Of a DNA stretch of 64,000 bases, positions 1-12,146 are shown piece after piece. A model generated the notes under the pieces. It had not been told where the DNA came from. It worked only from the letters and a program-made list of their open reading frames with translations, and did not search any database. Position 1 is the first letter of the stretch. The number at the start of each line of letters is the position of its first letter. A program made the translations under genes and the position numbers. Origin of the DNA: Chiloscyllium plagiosum (lineage: Eukaryota); contig NC_057720.1 in the NCBI RefSeq assembly GCF_004010195.1, positions 75,203,782-75,267,781 of the forward strand, read 5' to 3'.

Positions 1-850
1 CTTCACACTCCCGATGTGTGCCTTGTAGCTAGCTGATGCCCAGCCTTTGGGGAGTCAGGAAGTGAGTCATTTGTTGTAGAATTCCCAACTTCTGACCTAC
101 TCTTGCAGCCTCAGTAGTTGTGGTTGCTTCAGTTGAGAATCTAATCAATAGTATCTCCAGGATGTTGGTGGGGGGTAATGGGGGAATTCAATGATGGGGA
201 TGTTGTTGAATGTCAAGGGACAATGGAGAAATTGTCTCTTGATGTTTTCTATATGTACCAAAAAGTGTTCTGTCCAGATGCTTCACAGCATGGTATGGCA
301 ACTGCTTTGCCAAGACCGCAATACGTTATAGAGTTGCGAATGCAGTCCAGTCTATCACACAGATCCACCTTCCTTCCATTAACCCCATCTATATTTCCCG
401 CTGCCTCGGGAAAGCATCCAACATAATCGAAGACCCCTCCCACACTGGTTGTACTCTCTTCCACCCTCTTCCACCATTGGACAGAGGATACAAAAGTTAG
501 AAAACATGTACCAACAGATTCAAGAACAGCTTCTTCCCTGCTGTTCTCAGGCTTATGTAGGGACCCCTCATATTAAAGTTGATCTTTCTCTGCACCTTCT
601 CTGTAGCTGTATCACCATATTATGCATTCTGTTTCATTACCCTGATGTACTTATTCATGATTTGTGTGGATAGCACGCAAAACAGGTATAACGTCATACA
701 GAAACAGAGCCTTCAGTGTTGGAGATGGTCATTGTCTGGCCTTTATGTGGCATAAACGTTACTTGCCACTTATCAGCCGATTTGTTATCTAGGTCTTGCT
801 GCATAAAGCTATTGGTGGTTTCAGAGAATGTATCGCATGTGGTACTTGCT
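1..850 (-). mobile_element. Decayed CR1/L2-group LINE fragment, interrupted at about 345-680
   Basis: Minus strand has degraded post-RT-like codons (THFLTPQ..YKAHIGSV). It resembles the LINE family seen at 44990-45430. Confidence 0.5.
345..680 (+). mobile_element. Rex1/Babar-type LINE 3' end
   Basis: Degraded IIEDPSHTG..LFHPLP..RGYK...TNRFKNSFFPAV, the typical C-terminus of this LINE clade, followed by a 3' UTR. Confidence 0.6.
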
Positions 851-1267
851 ATCATACAGCACACTCAAGACAGATGCATTTACATGAAAGCTGGAAAAAT
901 ATTCAAGGAGAGAGGAGAATAAGGTTGCATTGGAGAAATTCAGTAAGTCTGGCAACATTTGTGGAGAGAGAAGCAGAGTTAACATTTTGAGACAGGTATG
1001 ACTCCTCTGAAGGAGGCATTCTGGCAGATTTGCTGAGTTTCTCCAGCACTCTCTGTTTTGTTTCAGAATTTTAGCATCGGCCAATTATTATTTACAAGGT
1101 AATGGTGAGAAGGTGGGATAATGGTAGGTGGGAGGAAAACTTGGGAACAGCAAAAACACAAGCATGTACCACTTGGGCTGAATGGCCTGTTGTTATGCTA
1201 TATGTCTGATGTAGCACTGAACAAGTTTCCAAAGAATATGTCCAGCCCTTGTCCTATGAACCGTTAC

Positions 1268-1376
1268 CTTCTTTTTAGATTTGAAGACATTGCATCGGAA
1301 AACGTTGCTGGACCCATCTCTGGCAATGTAACTGAAGATCTTGAGGTCTTGAGAGTCATGGGACACATAGAATATC
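1268..1376 (-). CDS. NOS1AP: NOS1AP/CAPON internal coding exon (equivalent to human exon 5), PTB domain: (R)[36 protein letters not shown]
   Basis: Minus strand reads ttctttcctttcag|GATATTCTATGTGTCC...TCTAAAAAGAAG|gtaacg. It is 109 nt, phase 2 to 0, and nearly identical to recalled [41 protein letters not shown]. Confidence 0.97.
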
Positions 1377-1442
1377 CTGAAAGGAAAGAAGGTACAGGAA
1401 GCTGGTTAGGATAACTGCAGGCTTTACCAAGTCTAACATCAC

Positions 1443-2722
1443 TAGAGTTAAAGAGTCATAGAGATGCACAGAACGGACGCAGACGCTTTGGTCCATCTTG
1501 TCCATGTTGACCAGATATCCCAACCTAATCTAGTCCCACCTGCCAGCACCCGGCCCATATCCCTCCAAACCCTTCCTATTCATATACCCATCCAAATGCG
1601 TCTTAAATGTTGCAATTGTACCAGCTTCCACCACTTCCTCTGGCAGTTCATTCCCTCTGCATGAAAAAAGTTGCCTTTTAGGTCTCTTTTATATATTTCC
1701 CTTCTCACCCTAAACCTATACCCTCTAGTTCTGGACTCCCCCACCGCAGGGAAAAGACTTTGCCTATTTACCCTATCCATGTCGCTCATGATTTTATAAA
1801 CCTCTACAAGGTCACCCCTCAGTCTCCGACGCTCGAGGGAAAACAGCCCCAGCCTATTCAACTTCTCCCTATAGCTCAAATCCTCAAACTCTGGCAAAAT
1901 CCTTGTCAATCTTTTCTGAAACCTTTCAAGTTTCACAACATCTTTCCGATAGGAAGACCAGAATCGCATGCAATATTCCAACAGTGGCCTAAACAATGTT
2001 CTGTACAGCCGTAACATGACTTCCCAACTCCTGTACTCAATACTCTGACCAATAAAGGAAAGCAAACGCCTTCTTCACTATCCTATCTATCTGCGACTCC
2101 GCTTTCAAGGAGCTATGAACCTGCACTCCAAGGTCTCTTTGTTCAGCAACACTCTTCTGGGACCTTACCATTAAGTGTATAAGTCCTGCTAAGATTTGCT
2201 TTCCCAAAATGCAGCACCTCACATTTATCTGAATTAAACTCCATCTACCACTTCTCACTCCATTGGCCCATCTGATCAAGATCCCATTGTAATTTGAGGT
2301 AACCTTCTTTGCTGTCCACTACACCTCCAATTTTGGTATCATCTGCAAACTTACTAACTATACCTCTTAAGCTCACATGCAAATTATTTATATAAATGAC
2401 AAAAGGTAGTGGATCCAGTACTGATCCTTGTGGCACTCCACTGGTCACAGGCCTGCAATCTGAAAAACAACCCTCCACTACCATCCTCTGTCTTCTACCT
2501 TTGAGCCAGTTCTGTATGAGATCTAACCTTGTGAACCAGTCTCCCATGAGGAACCTTATCAAACGCCTTACTGACGGTCATAAAAATCACATCTACCACT
2601 CTGCCCTCATCGATCCTCTTTGTTACTTCATGAAAAAATTCAATCAAGTTTGTTAGACATGATTTCCCACGCACTAAGCCATGTTGACCATCCCCAATCA
2701 GTCCTTGACTTTCCAAATACAT
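1443..2722 (-). mobile_element. CR1 (HER1-like) LINE, RT domain and 3' end, frameshifted
   Basis: ORF pieces GKSCLTNLIEFF, SGVPQGSVL, SKFADDTKIGG, LFSLERRRLRGDL; ctatgactct-type tail at about 1443-1462. Confidence 0.95.
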
Positions 2723-2724
2723 AG

Positions 2725-3085
2725 GTAAAAAACAAGGACTGCAGATGCTAGAAACCAGAGTCTAGATTAAAGTGGTGCTGGAAAAGCACAGCAGGTCAGG
2801 CAGCATCTGAGGAGCAGGGAAATCGACGTTTCGGGAAAAAGCCCTTCATCAGGAATAGAGGCGGGATGCCTGCAGAGTTGAGAGATAAATAGGGGTGAGG
2901 AGAAAGTAGCATAGAGTACAATAGGTGAATGGGAGTGGGGATGGAGGTGATAGATCAGAGAGGAGGGTGGGGGGAAGGTAGCATAGAGTACAATGGGTGA
3001 ATGGGGGTGGGGATGAAGGTGATAGGTCAGAGAAGAGGGTGGAGCGGCTAGGTGGAAAGGAAGATAGGCATGTAGGACAGGTCAC
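2725..3085 (-). mobile_element. Penelope-like pLTR insertion (family A) inside the CR1, carrying a hammerhead motif
   Basis: Shares the gactgcagatgct...gctggaaaagcacagcaggtcaggcagcatc end with other copies. Its pyrimidine-rich upstream region resembles 30190-30420. Confidence 0.85.
2821..2856 (-). ncRNA. Minimal type-I hammerhead ribozyme motif, sense to NOS1AP
   Basis: Minus strand: AUUC-CUGAUGA-A-GGGC UUUU UCCC-GAAAC-GUC^GAUU. Core intact, 3-bp stem II, palindromic ACGU in place of stem III, weak stem I. Confidence 0.7.
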
Positions 3086-3570
3086 TCGATCTAGTCTGTC
3101 TATACCTCACATATGCTTCCTTCTTTTTCTTCACCAAACCCTCAATTTCTTTAGTCATTCAGCATTCCCTATAGCTACCAGCCTTTCCTTTCACCCTGAC
3201 AGGAATATACCGTCTCTGGACTCTCGTTATCTCATTTCTGAAGGCTTCCCATTTTCCAGCCATCCCTTTACCTGAGAACATCTGCCCCCTATTTGCTTTT
3301 GAAAGTTCTTGACTAATAGTGTCAAAATTGGCCTTTCTCCAATTTAGAACTTCAACTTTTAGATCTGGTCTATCCTTTTCCATCACTATTTTAAAACTAA
3401 TAGAATTATGGTCGCTGGCCCCAAAGTACTCCCCCACTGACACCTCAGTCACCTGCCCTGTTTTATTTCCCAAGAGTAGGTCAAGTTTTGCACCTTCTCT
3501 CGTAGGTACATCCACATACTGAATCAGAAAATTGTCTTGTACACGCTTACCATCTAAACCCTTAACACTA
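3086..3570 (-). mobile_element. CR1 LINE, end of endonuclease and linker (continuation of 1443-2722)
   Basis: ORF PTREGAKLDLLLGN..GASDHNSI, near-identical to 39390-39870. Confidence 0.93.
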
Positions 3571-5634
3571 AGGGTGAGAGCTGAGGTTTACTTTACCAAC
3601 AATTCAGACCAATGACATAAGCCAAAATAGCACAAGGAACCAAGTACCATGCAATAGTCTCAGCCCTCACACAGTACAATATTGAGGACCTATGTAGCAG
3701 ATGCCAGCGAAACACTGTTGACACACCATGAATCCTGGGAGTTAATTTTATCTCAATGGTACGGACTGAAGAATCGATGGAGAGAGAAGCAAAGCTAACA
3801 TTTCAGATTGCGGCCTTTGTTGGAATGTTTGTACAGATACTAACTGATCTGTCTAGTATTTCCAGCATTTTGTGTATTTTTATTCCAGATTTCCTGCTTC
3901 TGTTGTAATTTTGAGGTAGTGGTTTTTGCCAATCTTAAGAGGGTTTGATGGTCCTCTCATTGTCACTGGAATGTCTTTGTTTATGTGTGCTTGCAAAGCC
4001 AACAGGTTAAAGTGAATCCTCTAAAGGGCCAAGACATATAATACAACTTCATGGAAAAATTAAAAAGAGCAACTTTTAAAGCAACCGCACAAGAAAGATT
4101 AGCTGCACTATACTGATAGAGTGCACTGAAATACCCAGCCCCATCCATTTTCAAAATTATCACATCTTTTTATTAACCACAGGTTATAAAATATTCATGG
4201 ATGTCTTATCAAATTAGATCTGTGGAAAAGTCTACTATTTTTCTTAATTCCTCTCTGAAACATCAAGTTCTTTTCTAAAAGCTTTCAACATAATTTTGTT
4301 GACGGTGTCTATTAAATCAAATGTTTGAGAAAAACCTGAAACATCTTGCATCACATTAAAATAAACAGATGCTGAATTGCTTTTTAATTCCTAAATAGAT
4401 CTGTGCACATGTGTGAGGGTGGGTGAGAGAGTATATCTGAGTGTATCTGTAATTGAAACAATATACATTAATTCCAAAGTGCCCAACTGTGCTGGACTCT
4501 CAATTTGTAAACATACATTGCGTGTTCCTTCTGTATTGCTGCTTTATATCCCAGCTTTTACACTGATCTATCGACTTGTATACATATCTATGTCAATCAG
4601 TGGAGTACACACGTCTTGCAATGAACAAGCTAAGTATCTGTGTGGAAGTTTGATTTATTTGATTTATTATTGTCACATGTACCGAGATACAGTGAAAAGA
4701 GCTCTTTTGCATGCAATCCAGGCAGTTCATCCCTTAAGTAAGTATGAAACAAAAAGTGACTCCAACAAGAGACAAATTATATCCATTGTCACAGGCAGCT
4801 AGCTCACTCAATGAAAGAGAGAGAAAAAAGCTTAGATGTTGGAGATAGGGTTCAAACCCTCCCACTCTCCATCATTCCCACCTAATCCCGTTGCATGGGC
4901 CTCCCTGATTGCCCACTATGGTGCCCATCATTTTTGTTAAGGTGTCTCAGGCCACATGCCATCACTAACTGGGCAGTGGGATGGTGCTCTTCACCAATCA
5001 CCAATAATTAAAGTCTACTCGTGTTAGATCACATATTAGAATGAGATTTGTGGGAGTGCAGAATGTTGCACAGGTTACATCTCAGGAAAATGTAATAACT
5101 TTCAAAAACCGCAATTTGTCCTTGATCTGTACTGTGCAGTAGGACAAAAAAAAGCATCTAGATCTATCGTGCTGGCATTTCCAGGCTGTGTTCCAGGAAA
5201 AATTTGCCCACAGGACGTCTACTACACCTTAAGAACAGGATTAATCTTAAGTGACATCGTGAAATTACAGCGGTTTAATGAAAGCAGAACTGCATACAAG
5301 CATGTACCATGGACCAAAGAGGCTGAGGGGTGCAAATTGATACTAAGTAAAAATGTTTCACTTGTACATGTCCACGGGAAGTGATTATAGCACCATACAC
5401 CTGGTTGCTGCAGCAGTAGAAACAAGTAATTCAACAGACACAAATAAATACTCCCAACCAACCCTGGGACTATAGTTTGAACAAAACATACATGAATGGT
5501 TCACTGGGATAAAGGGAGGTACCAATGATGGCCAGAGAGGAGCCAGAAGTGCAGCAGATCCATGGAGTTCTGATAGTCCCAGCATTAATTACCAAAAGCT
5601 TGCTCTGAAAGGAATAGGGTAAGACACTAACACA

Positions 5635-5947
5635 AAGAAAGACTTGCATTTATGTTATACCTGGATATACCAAAATGCTTTACAGCCAATTATTTGATTT
5701 TCAAGCCTGGTCACTGATGTGATGTGGGAGACAAGGGGGTTAACTTCCTTGCTTTTCTTCACAATGGGATCTTTGACTGTCACCTGAGGGCAGATGATTT
5801 ACCTGAAGGTCAGCACCTTCAACAATGCAGCACCGCCTCAGTGTTACACCAGTGTATCAGTCTAGAATTCAATGCTCAAATTCTGGGGTGGAACGGGAAC
5901 CCACAAAACTTAAGGCTCAAAAGGTGAAAGTGCCACCAACCCAGCCA
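5635..5947 (-). mobile_element. Deu-domain SINE (SacSINE1/AmnSINE-like)
   Basis: Contains the gggatcttt..cacctgag..cagcaccttcaacaatgcagcaccgcctcagtg core, a tRNA-like head at the right end and a gacttgcatttat tail at the left. Related decayed copies lie near 12760-12930, 16210-16520, 17960-18160, 38615-38780, 45590-46070 and 51400-51620. Confidence 0.7.
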
Positions 5948-6717
5948 GTGATAACAAGTGCTAAAACAGTAATCCAGATGCCTGGTTAATTCTGGGAGTC
6001 CTTCAACAATGACCCCATTGAGAGTCCCACCTGCTGCCTCTTGCTTTGCAACCGACACAAGATATCAGTTTTGTTTCAGCTCTCTGTCAGCTAGGGACAG
6101 TGAACAGTCTCGGGTGTGAAACACAGGAATCTACTGGAATTATAACTCCACAATGTGCACCACATGGGTCCCGACAGGCATGTGGGGAACATGTTAAAGC
6201 AACGCTCAGAACCAACGGGGGCATGGTTACCAATCCCAGGATGCCATTGTGGAGGGACAGGGAACTACACGCTGTGGAACCTTTGGATGCCCGAGAGAGG
6301 AAGGACCTCTGCCCCCTGGACCCCAAGTAGCACTGTTCAACAATTATTCCCTTCCTGAAGCTCCGTCTCACTTCAGCTATCGGGTTTTTTGCCCCAGCTC
6401 ATTGCAAGAGCAGGTTAAATCAGGAGCTGCCTGCCTTGTTGACATATACAAACTGCCAATCTTTTTAGCAGTAGCCTTGCTGTTTGCTCCTTGCCCCACC
6501 TTTGTCTAAACGGGGGTGGGTGCCCTGGAGGCACCTTGGGAGTTGGTCTCAGATCTTTTGTTTTTAAACACTTTAGCATCAGATCTGAACCCAAACCATC
6601 AGTGTTGTGCATAAAAATTAAGTTCAGAGCAAACACAGCGGGAAGATTGTTTTCTATTCTCTCCGGTCACCTATATGTGATTGACAAATTAAAAACGCAA
6701 CAGTTCACATTTATAGT

Positions 6718-6778
6718 TAAGATTAGAGTGGCGCTGGAAAAGCACAGCAGGTCAGACAGCATCCGAGGAGCAGAAAAC
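6718..6778 (-). mobile_element. Truncated PLE pLTR fragment (family A), ending just before the hammerhead
   Basis: gattagagtggcgctggaaaagcacagcaggtcagacagcatccgaggagcagaaaa. Confidence 0.75.
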
Positions 6779-7224
6779 ATCCGCAACCAACTGATCCCAC
6801 ATGGACTCCAGACTACATTCAAACCAAGACAGTTTGGATCTGAACAGGACAACCAGTACAGACTACAAATTCAAAACCAAAAGCTACGGTTCTCCTTCAG
6901 AATATTTTAACCTCGCTTTCGCCTAGTTCACATTTATAGGGCTGTTAATGTAGGGAGGTAACCAAAAGTGTTTCACAAGATTGTTATCAAACACGCATTG
7001 GCTGGCTATTAAATTCAGGGGCATGCTAAAGGTGAAGAGAGTGCCACAGTGGCAGACAGATTTAGGGATTGAATTCCGGGGGGGGAGGGGGGGAGGGGGA
7101 GAACAAGTGTCCAAAAATTAGAAGAAAGCAGAGTTCTTGGAGGTTTTCAAGGACGGAGGCAGTGGGCAAGAGTATCAATAGATTTGTTGCACACAGTGAA
7201 GCAGAAAGCACTAAATTCCAAGAG

Positions 7225-7910
7225 GTCAGATTGGCTGGTAAAAGGCAAAGGTAAGTGGCAGATTAAATTCATTATGGAAGAGTGTGAAGTGATGCATTTT
7301 GAGAGGGAGAACGAGGAGAGGTTCAATGGTACAATGTCACAGTGAGTGTAAGAAGAGAGAGATCAGGAAGTGTTTGGGTACAAATCTTTGAAGGAGGTAG
7401 AGCTGGTTACCAAATTAGTTAATCATATGGAATCCTGAGCTTTATGAAGACGGCATGAAGAACAAGAGGCTCTGTTAAACCAATGTGAAAAACTGGCTTA
7501 ATTCCAGAGAGGTTTACAAGAGAGGTTTACAAGAATAGTTCCAAGAATCAGGAGTTATACCAATGTGAACAGACTGGAGTGAAGTTGAAGAGATGGTTGA
7601 AAGAGGTGTTTAAAATTCAGAAAGTATTTAGATGGATTAAATTAAGATAAACTTTTTTGAATAACCAGTGAATAACCAAGACAGCTTGAGGAAAAGCACT
7701 TAGCAATTTGATCTGGTGTGCTGGTTAATAAAGTAAGGCCTACAGATCCAATAGCAGCCTTCAAAAGGGAACTGGATAACTACTCAAAAGGAGAAAATAA
7801 AATCCAGGGATCTGGAGCCAGAGTGGGGTAGTGGAACTAACTGCAATGCTCTTCAAAAGGGGCAGCACTTAGTTGATGGGCTGAATGAGCTCGGTCTGTT
7901 CTGTATTTCC
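7225..7910 (+). mobile_element. Old CR1 LINE 3' portion
   Basis: Degraded WQIKF..CEVMHF and RFTRIVP segments; 3' UTR gatgggctgaatg. Confidence 0.7.
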
Positions 7911-8696
7911 AAGAAGGATAGAATCACATGCCAATTTTATAGAAATTGACCATTTTGAGTGAAGGAAAAGGATATCAACACAAGTGTGCTTACAAAATTG
8001 TTTTACAGAGACCACAGAAATTCTTACCTCACTCTCCTACTTGGAGAGAAGGCAAATCAATCGATGCAGCTTCCCTTTGATAGAAACTTGCACAGTATTG
8101 TAAACCCAAGCTCAGGAATCCAGTTTACACAACAAAAGGAAAATTAAAAGCAGGAGGAAATGAAGAAGTAGATAAAAATAACTCGAGTGGAATTCTCTTT
8201 GGCTGAGACAAATGCTAACAGACAGTTAGAGATTAACTCAATGGTCTGATTGCTGAATATCTATTGTGTTACAATGGCAAAGGCTTTTTAATAGATTGTC
8301 TTATTCACCTAATTATCGCCTGTTTCTCTGGTGATGGCATGCCTTCAACAAGGCTCTCAGTGAACAGAGACAAACACAGGCTATTTCTATGTCTCATGAA
8401 GGTTATTTACAACTGCCGTAAGAGAAGTTGTAATTCTCTCTCCTCTGTCATTGAATGCATCAAGAATACAAATAAATTACATTGTATGTATAGATGTTTT
8501 ACATCCACAAACTCCCAGACAGTAAGATTATTTCCATTCAATCTTTCTCCAGAAGAATCCAATTCCTACCGCAATACAGTTCGACGTGTGGCAAGTGCAG
8601 CCAATACATCTTCCAGAATGCTCATTCCTCATGTGCACCCCAGCACGCTCTACAGTGGCACCAAAGCTGATTCTGACTATATCTAGCATTGGTTTA

Positions 8697-8904
8697 GAGG
8701 AGAAAGTGAGGTCTGCAGATGCTGGAGATCAAAGTTGAAACTTTATTGCTGGAACAGCACAGCAGGTCAGGCAGCATCCAGGGAACAGGAGATTCGACGT
8801 TTCGGGCACATTCCTGAAGAAGGGCCTGTGCCCGAAACGTCGAATCTCCTGTTCCCTGGATGCTGCCTGACCTGCTGTGCTGTTCCAGCAATAAAGTTTC
8901 AACT
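8697..8904. mobile_element. Fold-back PLE pLTR element (family A) with a 78-bp perfect inverted repeat and a 14-bp TSD
   Basis: Arms at 8733-8810 and 8827-8904 with a 16-nt loop. TSD ctagcattggttta at 8683-8696 and 8903-8916. Confidence 0.92.
8810..8845 (+). ncRNA. Minimal type-I hammerhead ribozyme motif (best-formed copy)
   Basis: AUUC-CUGAAGA-A-GGGC CUGU GCCC-GAAAC-GUC^GAAU. Stem I AUUC/GAAU, stem II GGGC/GCCC, predicted cut after 8841. Confidence 0.82.
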
Positions 8905-9317
8905 AGCATTGGTTTATTAAAGTATCAGTGAAGAATTGAAACTCTGGTTGCTTCTTCCTTCCTCTTTGCCCCCCTGCCTGGGGGTAACGCCGTCAATTGT
9001 AACCCACTGCCACTATCTCATTTCAACAAAACTGTCACAGATCCGTGAACTTTAGCAGTTTTCAACAACTGGCAACATCTTAATTATAACTATGACTATG
9101 ATTACGACGTTGCCAATGTGTCTGCACAATTTAAAGAGGAAGCTCTATTTTTCTGTATAAGTTGTTAATTTGGTCTTTTCTGTAAGTGCAGCTTTAACTA
9201 ATGCTTGCATTATACTTTAAACATTATTTTATTAGCCTAACAAAGTATTTCAGGAGTGCAACATCTGCAGCTTTAAGAAAATGCCACAAAAAATACAAAT
9301 TTATCCTCTAGATAAAT

Positions 9318-9624
9318 GGGTGGCACGGTAGCTCAGTGGTTAGCACTGCTGCCTCACAGCGCCAGGGACCCAGGTTCAATTCCCACCTTGGGCGACTGTC
9401 TGTGTGTAGTTTGTACAATCTCCCCGTGTCTGGTTTCCTCCCACAGTCCAAAGATGTGCAGGTTAGGTAAATTTGCCATGCTAAATTGCCCCATAGTGTC
9501 AGGTGCATTATTTAGGGGTAAATATAGAGTAGGGAATGGCTCTGGGTGAGTTAGTCTTCAGAGGGTCGATGTGGACTTGTTGGGCCGAAGGAGCTGTTTC
9601 CATACTGCAGGGAATCTAATCTAA
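9318..9624 (+). mobile_element. HE1-type tRNA-derived SINE, full length
   Basis: A box tagctcagtgg, B box ggttcaattcc, central ggtttcctcccacagtccaaagatgtgcagg, aatct tail. Confidence 0.92.
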
Positions 9625-9779
9625 ACAAGAAAATGAAGTGTGTACAGCTTTTGTTTTGGTGTTTAATTGATTTTTGGTAAAATTCATGTTTGAATCAATC
9701 CAGTTGCACAGTAAAAGGTCTCATATCTTTTATTATTGCACATTAATTCGATAAGGGGAGATAATTAGCCATAGTGCTG

Positions 9780-9970
9780 GAGGGTTCTCTGTTAGACAGG
9801 GACAAGTGGTTCTGAGGCTGAAAGGCACCACTGTGCATCAAACGTGAGGCAAAGCAAGGAAGCAGACCTGCATAAACTACCTGGGGCAGATATGGGAATT
9901 CAACCCACGCTGTTGTTGACCCTACGCTGCATCACACTCCAATCATCGAGCAAAATGAACTAACCAACTC
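9780..9970 (-). mobile_element. Decayed tRNA-derived SINE of a different family
   Basis: Minus strand shows ggttagttca...cagcgtgggttgaattccc A/B-box-like remnants. Confidence 0.45.
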
Positions 9971-11446
9971 CCACATAGATTCACTAATATCAAAAGATAG
10001 TTGATGCATGACCTGCCAGCACTCGATTGATGAACATTGAAAAGACACCGAAACACAGTAGAAACAGTGTGGGCAGCATCAAGGTGTAGTTCTGGGCAGT
10101 TACCAAAGGCTGAACTGACTGCACTTGCAAACATGACTGAGCCCCATAAGCAAAACGTAGTGGAAGGCAATTGCTAAATGATTGCTGTAATTAAGAGGAA
10201 GTTAGATAAGTCCAGGAGAGAGAAAGTAAAGAATATCCTGTTTGAATGAGATGAAGTAAAGGTGGACGAGGTTGTGAGGAGAATAAACCAGTTGGACAAA
10301 TGCCTCATTTCTGTGCTATCATTAATATTAAACAGGTAATGTTATTCATTTCTCATATGGGGCGTAAGTGAAACACAAATCTGAAATAAAATTCAATTGA
10401 TTTGTTACTTCTGAGACAGAGGAAGAAAAGTGTAGACAACCATATTGGCTTTCTAAAAATATCACAACAGCCAGACTATAAGTGTTCAAGAAATGATTGA
10501 GCAACCCCTTCTCAAGAATAACTAGGGATGGGCAATAAATGCTAACACAATAGGTGGATGTTGTTAAGTTGTACATTAGGATATATAAACAGAAAACATT
10601 CTTAAAAATGCAGCAGCATGCTTCCTCCAGGGATAGAGGTCAAACTATGTGTTTTCTGAAATCAAATATTAGCTGCAAGGATAATGAGAGAGGGTAAGCA
10701 ATATATCAGAACGTGTACAGGCTTCACGACTGTTAATCAGAGTAACAATACAAGGCTGCTGAGCGGTCAGTGCTCTAGTTGGACAGTCTGTATTGTTTCT
10801 GCAACCTTTCCCAAAGATGCCATAGGAACTGGTGATAAAACACACTTCCTTCTTACTGGCTCAGACCAAAATTCTTACTTCATCCAAAGTCAGTAGCTGA
10901 ACATTATACGCCATGTTATCGACTCATTGTGGAGTAGGTTCTAGGTGTTGCAATCTGTCAAGTTTCCAGAGCAGGACCACAGGGAATATATGTATTAAAT
11001 GCAATCAGACATTTGACAGTGTTCTTGTTCCTGTCACCCCCATCCCTTTAACATTCCCCAGCTCTACAACCATCCATGAACATTGCACCAATTTCTGACC
11101 TCTTGTGGAATTCCTGATTGGGTCTGTCCTGCTAATGGTGGATGTACCTTTAATGACCTCAACTCTAACCTTTGAACTTCCCTGAACAAACATCCTTGCT
11201 TCTCTGCCTCTCCCTCTTTTAAGTTATTACTTAAACACTTCCTTTGGCCGAGCTTAAGGTTTTTTTTAAACTTAACATCTTTTATGGATTAACATCAATA
11301 GTTTGATTGCTCCTGTAAAGCCTCAAGACATTTTATTACGTTAATGGAATATAAGGCAAGGTGTTGTTTTTGTATGTTTGGTAAAACAATATATAAGATG
11401 TTAATCTTCACTGATGTACACTGTTAAAATCATATTACATTTTAAA

Positions 11447-12146
11447 GGAGTGCAGGTTCATAGTTCCTTGAAAGTAGAGTTGCAGATAGATAGGGTAGTG
11501 AAGAAGGTGTTTGGTATGCTTTCCTTTATTGGACAGAGCACTGAGTACAGGAGTTGGGAGGTCATGTTATAGCTGTACAGGACATCGGTTCAGTCACTGT
11601 TAGAATATTGTGTGCAATCTGGTCTCTCTCCTAGCGGAAGGATGCTGTGAAACTTGAAGGGGTTCAGAAAAGATTTACAAGGATGTTACCAGTGTTGGGA
11701 GGATTTGAGCTACAGGGAGAGGCTGAACAGGCTGGGGCTGTTTTCCCTGGAGCATCAGAACTTGAGGGGTAACCTTACTGAGGTTAATAAAATCATGAGG
11801 GGCATGAATAGAGTAAATAGACATGGTCTTTTCGCTGGGATGGGGGAGTCCAGAACTAGAGGGCATAGGTTTAGGGTGAAAGGGGGAAGGTATAAAAGGG
11901 ACCTAAGGGGCAACTTTTTCATGCAGAGGGTGTTGTGTGTATGGAATGAGCTGCCAGAGAAAGTGGTGGAGGCTGATACAATTACAACATTTAAAAGGCA
12001 TCTGGATGGGTATATGAATAGGAAGGATTTAGAAGGATATGAGTCAGGTGCTGGCAAATGGGAGCCGAGTAGGTTAGGATATCTGGTTGGCATGGATGAA
12101 TTGGACCAAAGGGTCTGTTTCCATACTGTATATCTCTATGACTCTA
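11447..12146 (+). mobile_element. CR1 LINE, 5'-truncated
   Basis: LSYRERLNRLGLFSLE and WNELPEKVVEA..TFKRHLD; ctctatgactct tail. Confidence 0.93.

Noticed and set aside
930-1080. Further hammerhead candidates (also about 3780, 34620, 41745 and 54770)
   Set aside because: These look like old pLTR relics, but the catalytic core is not recoverable, so they were not called as ribozymes.
1121-1414. Plus-strand 97-aa ORF
   Set aside because: It is the antisense shadow of the real NOS1AP exon.
9318-9390. tRNA genes at SINE heads (also about 33875 and 58135)
   Set aside because: A/B boxes are present, but there is no complete cloverleaf and the sequence continues into SINE bodies.
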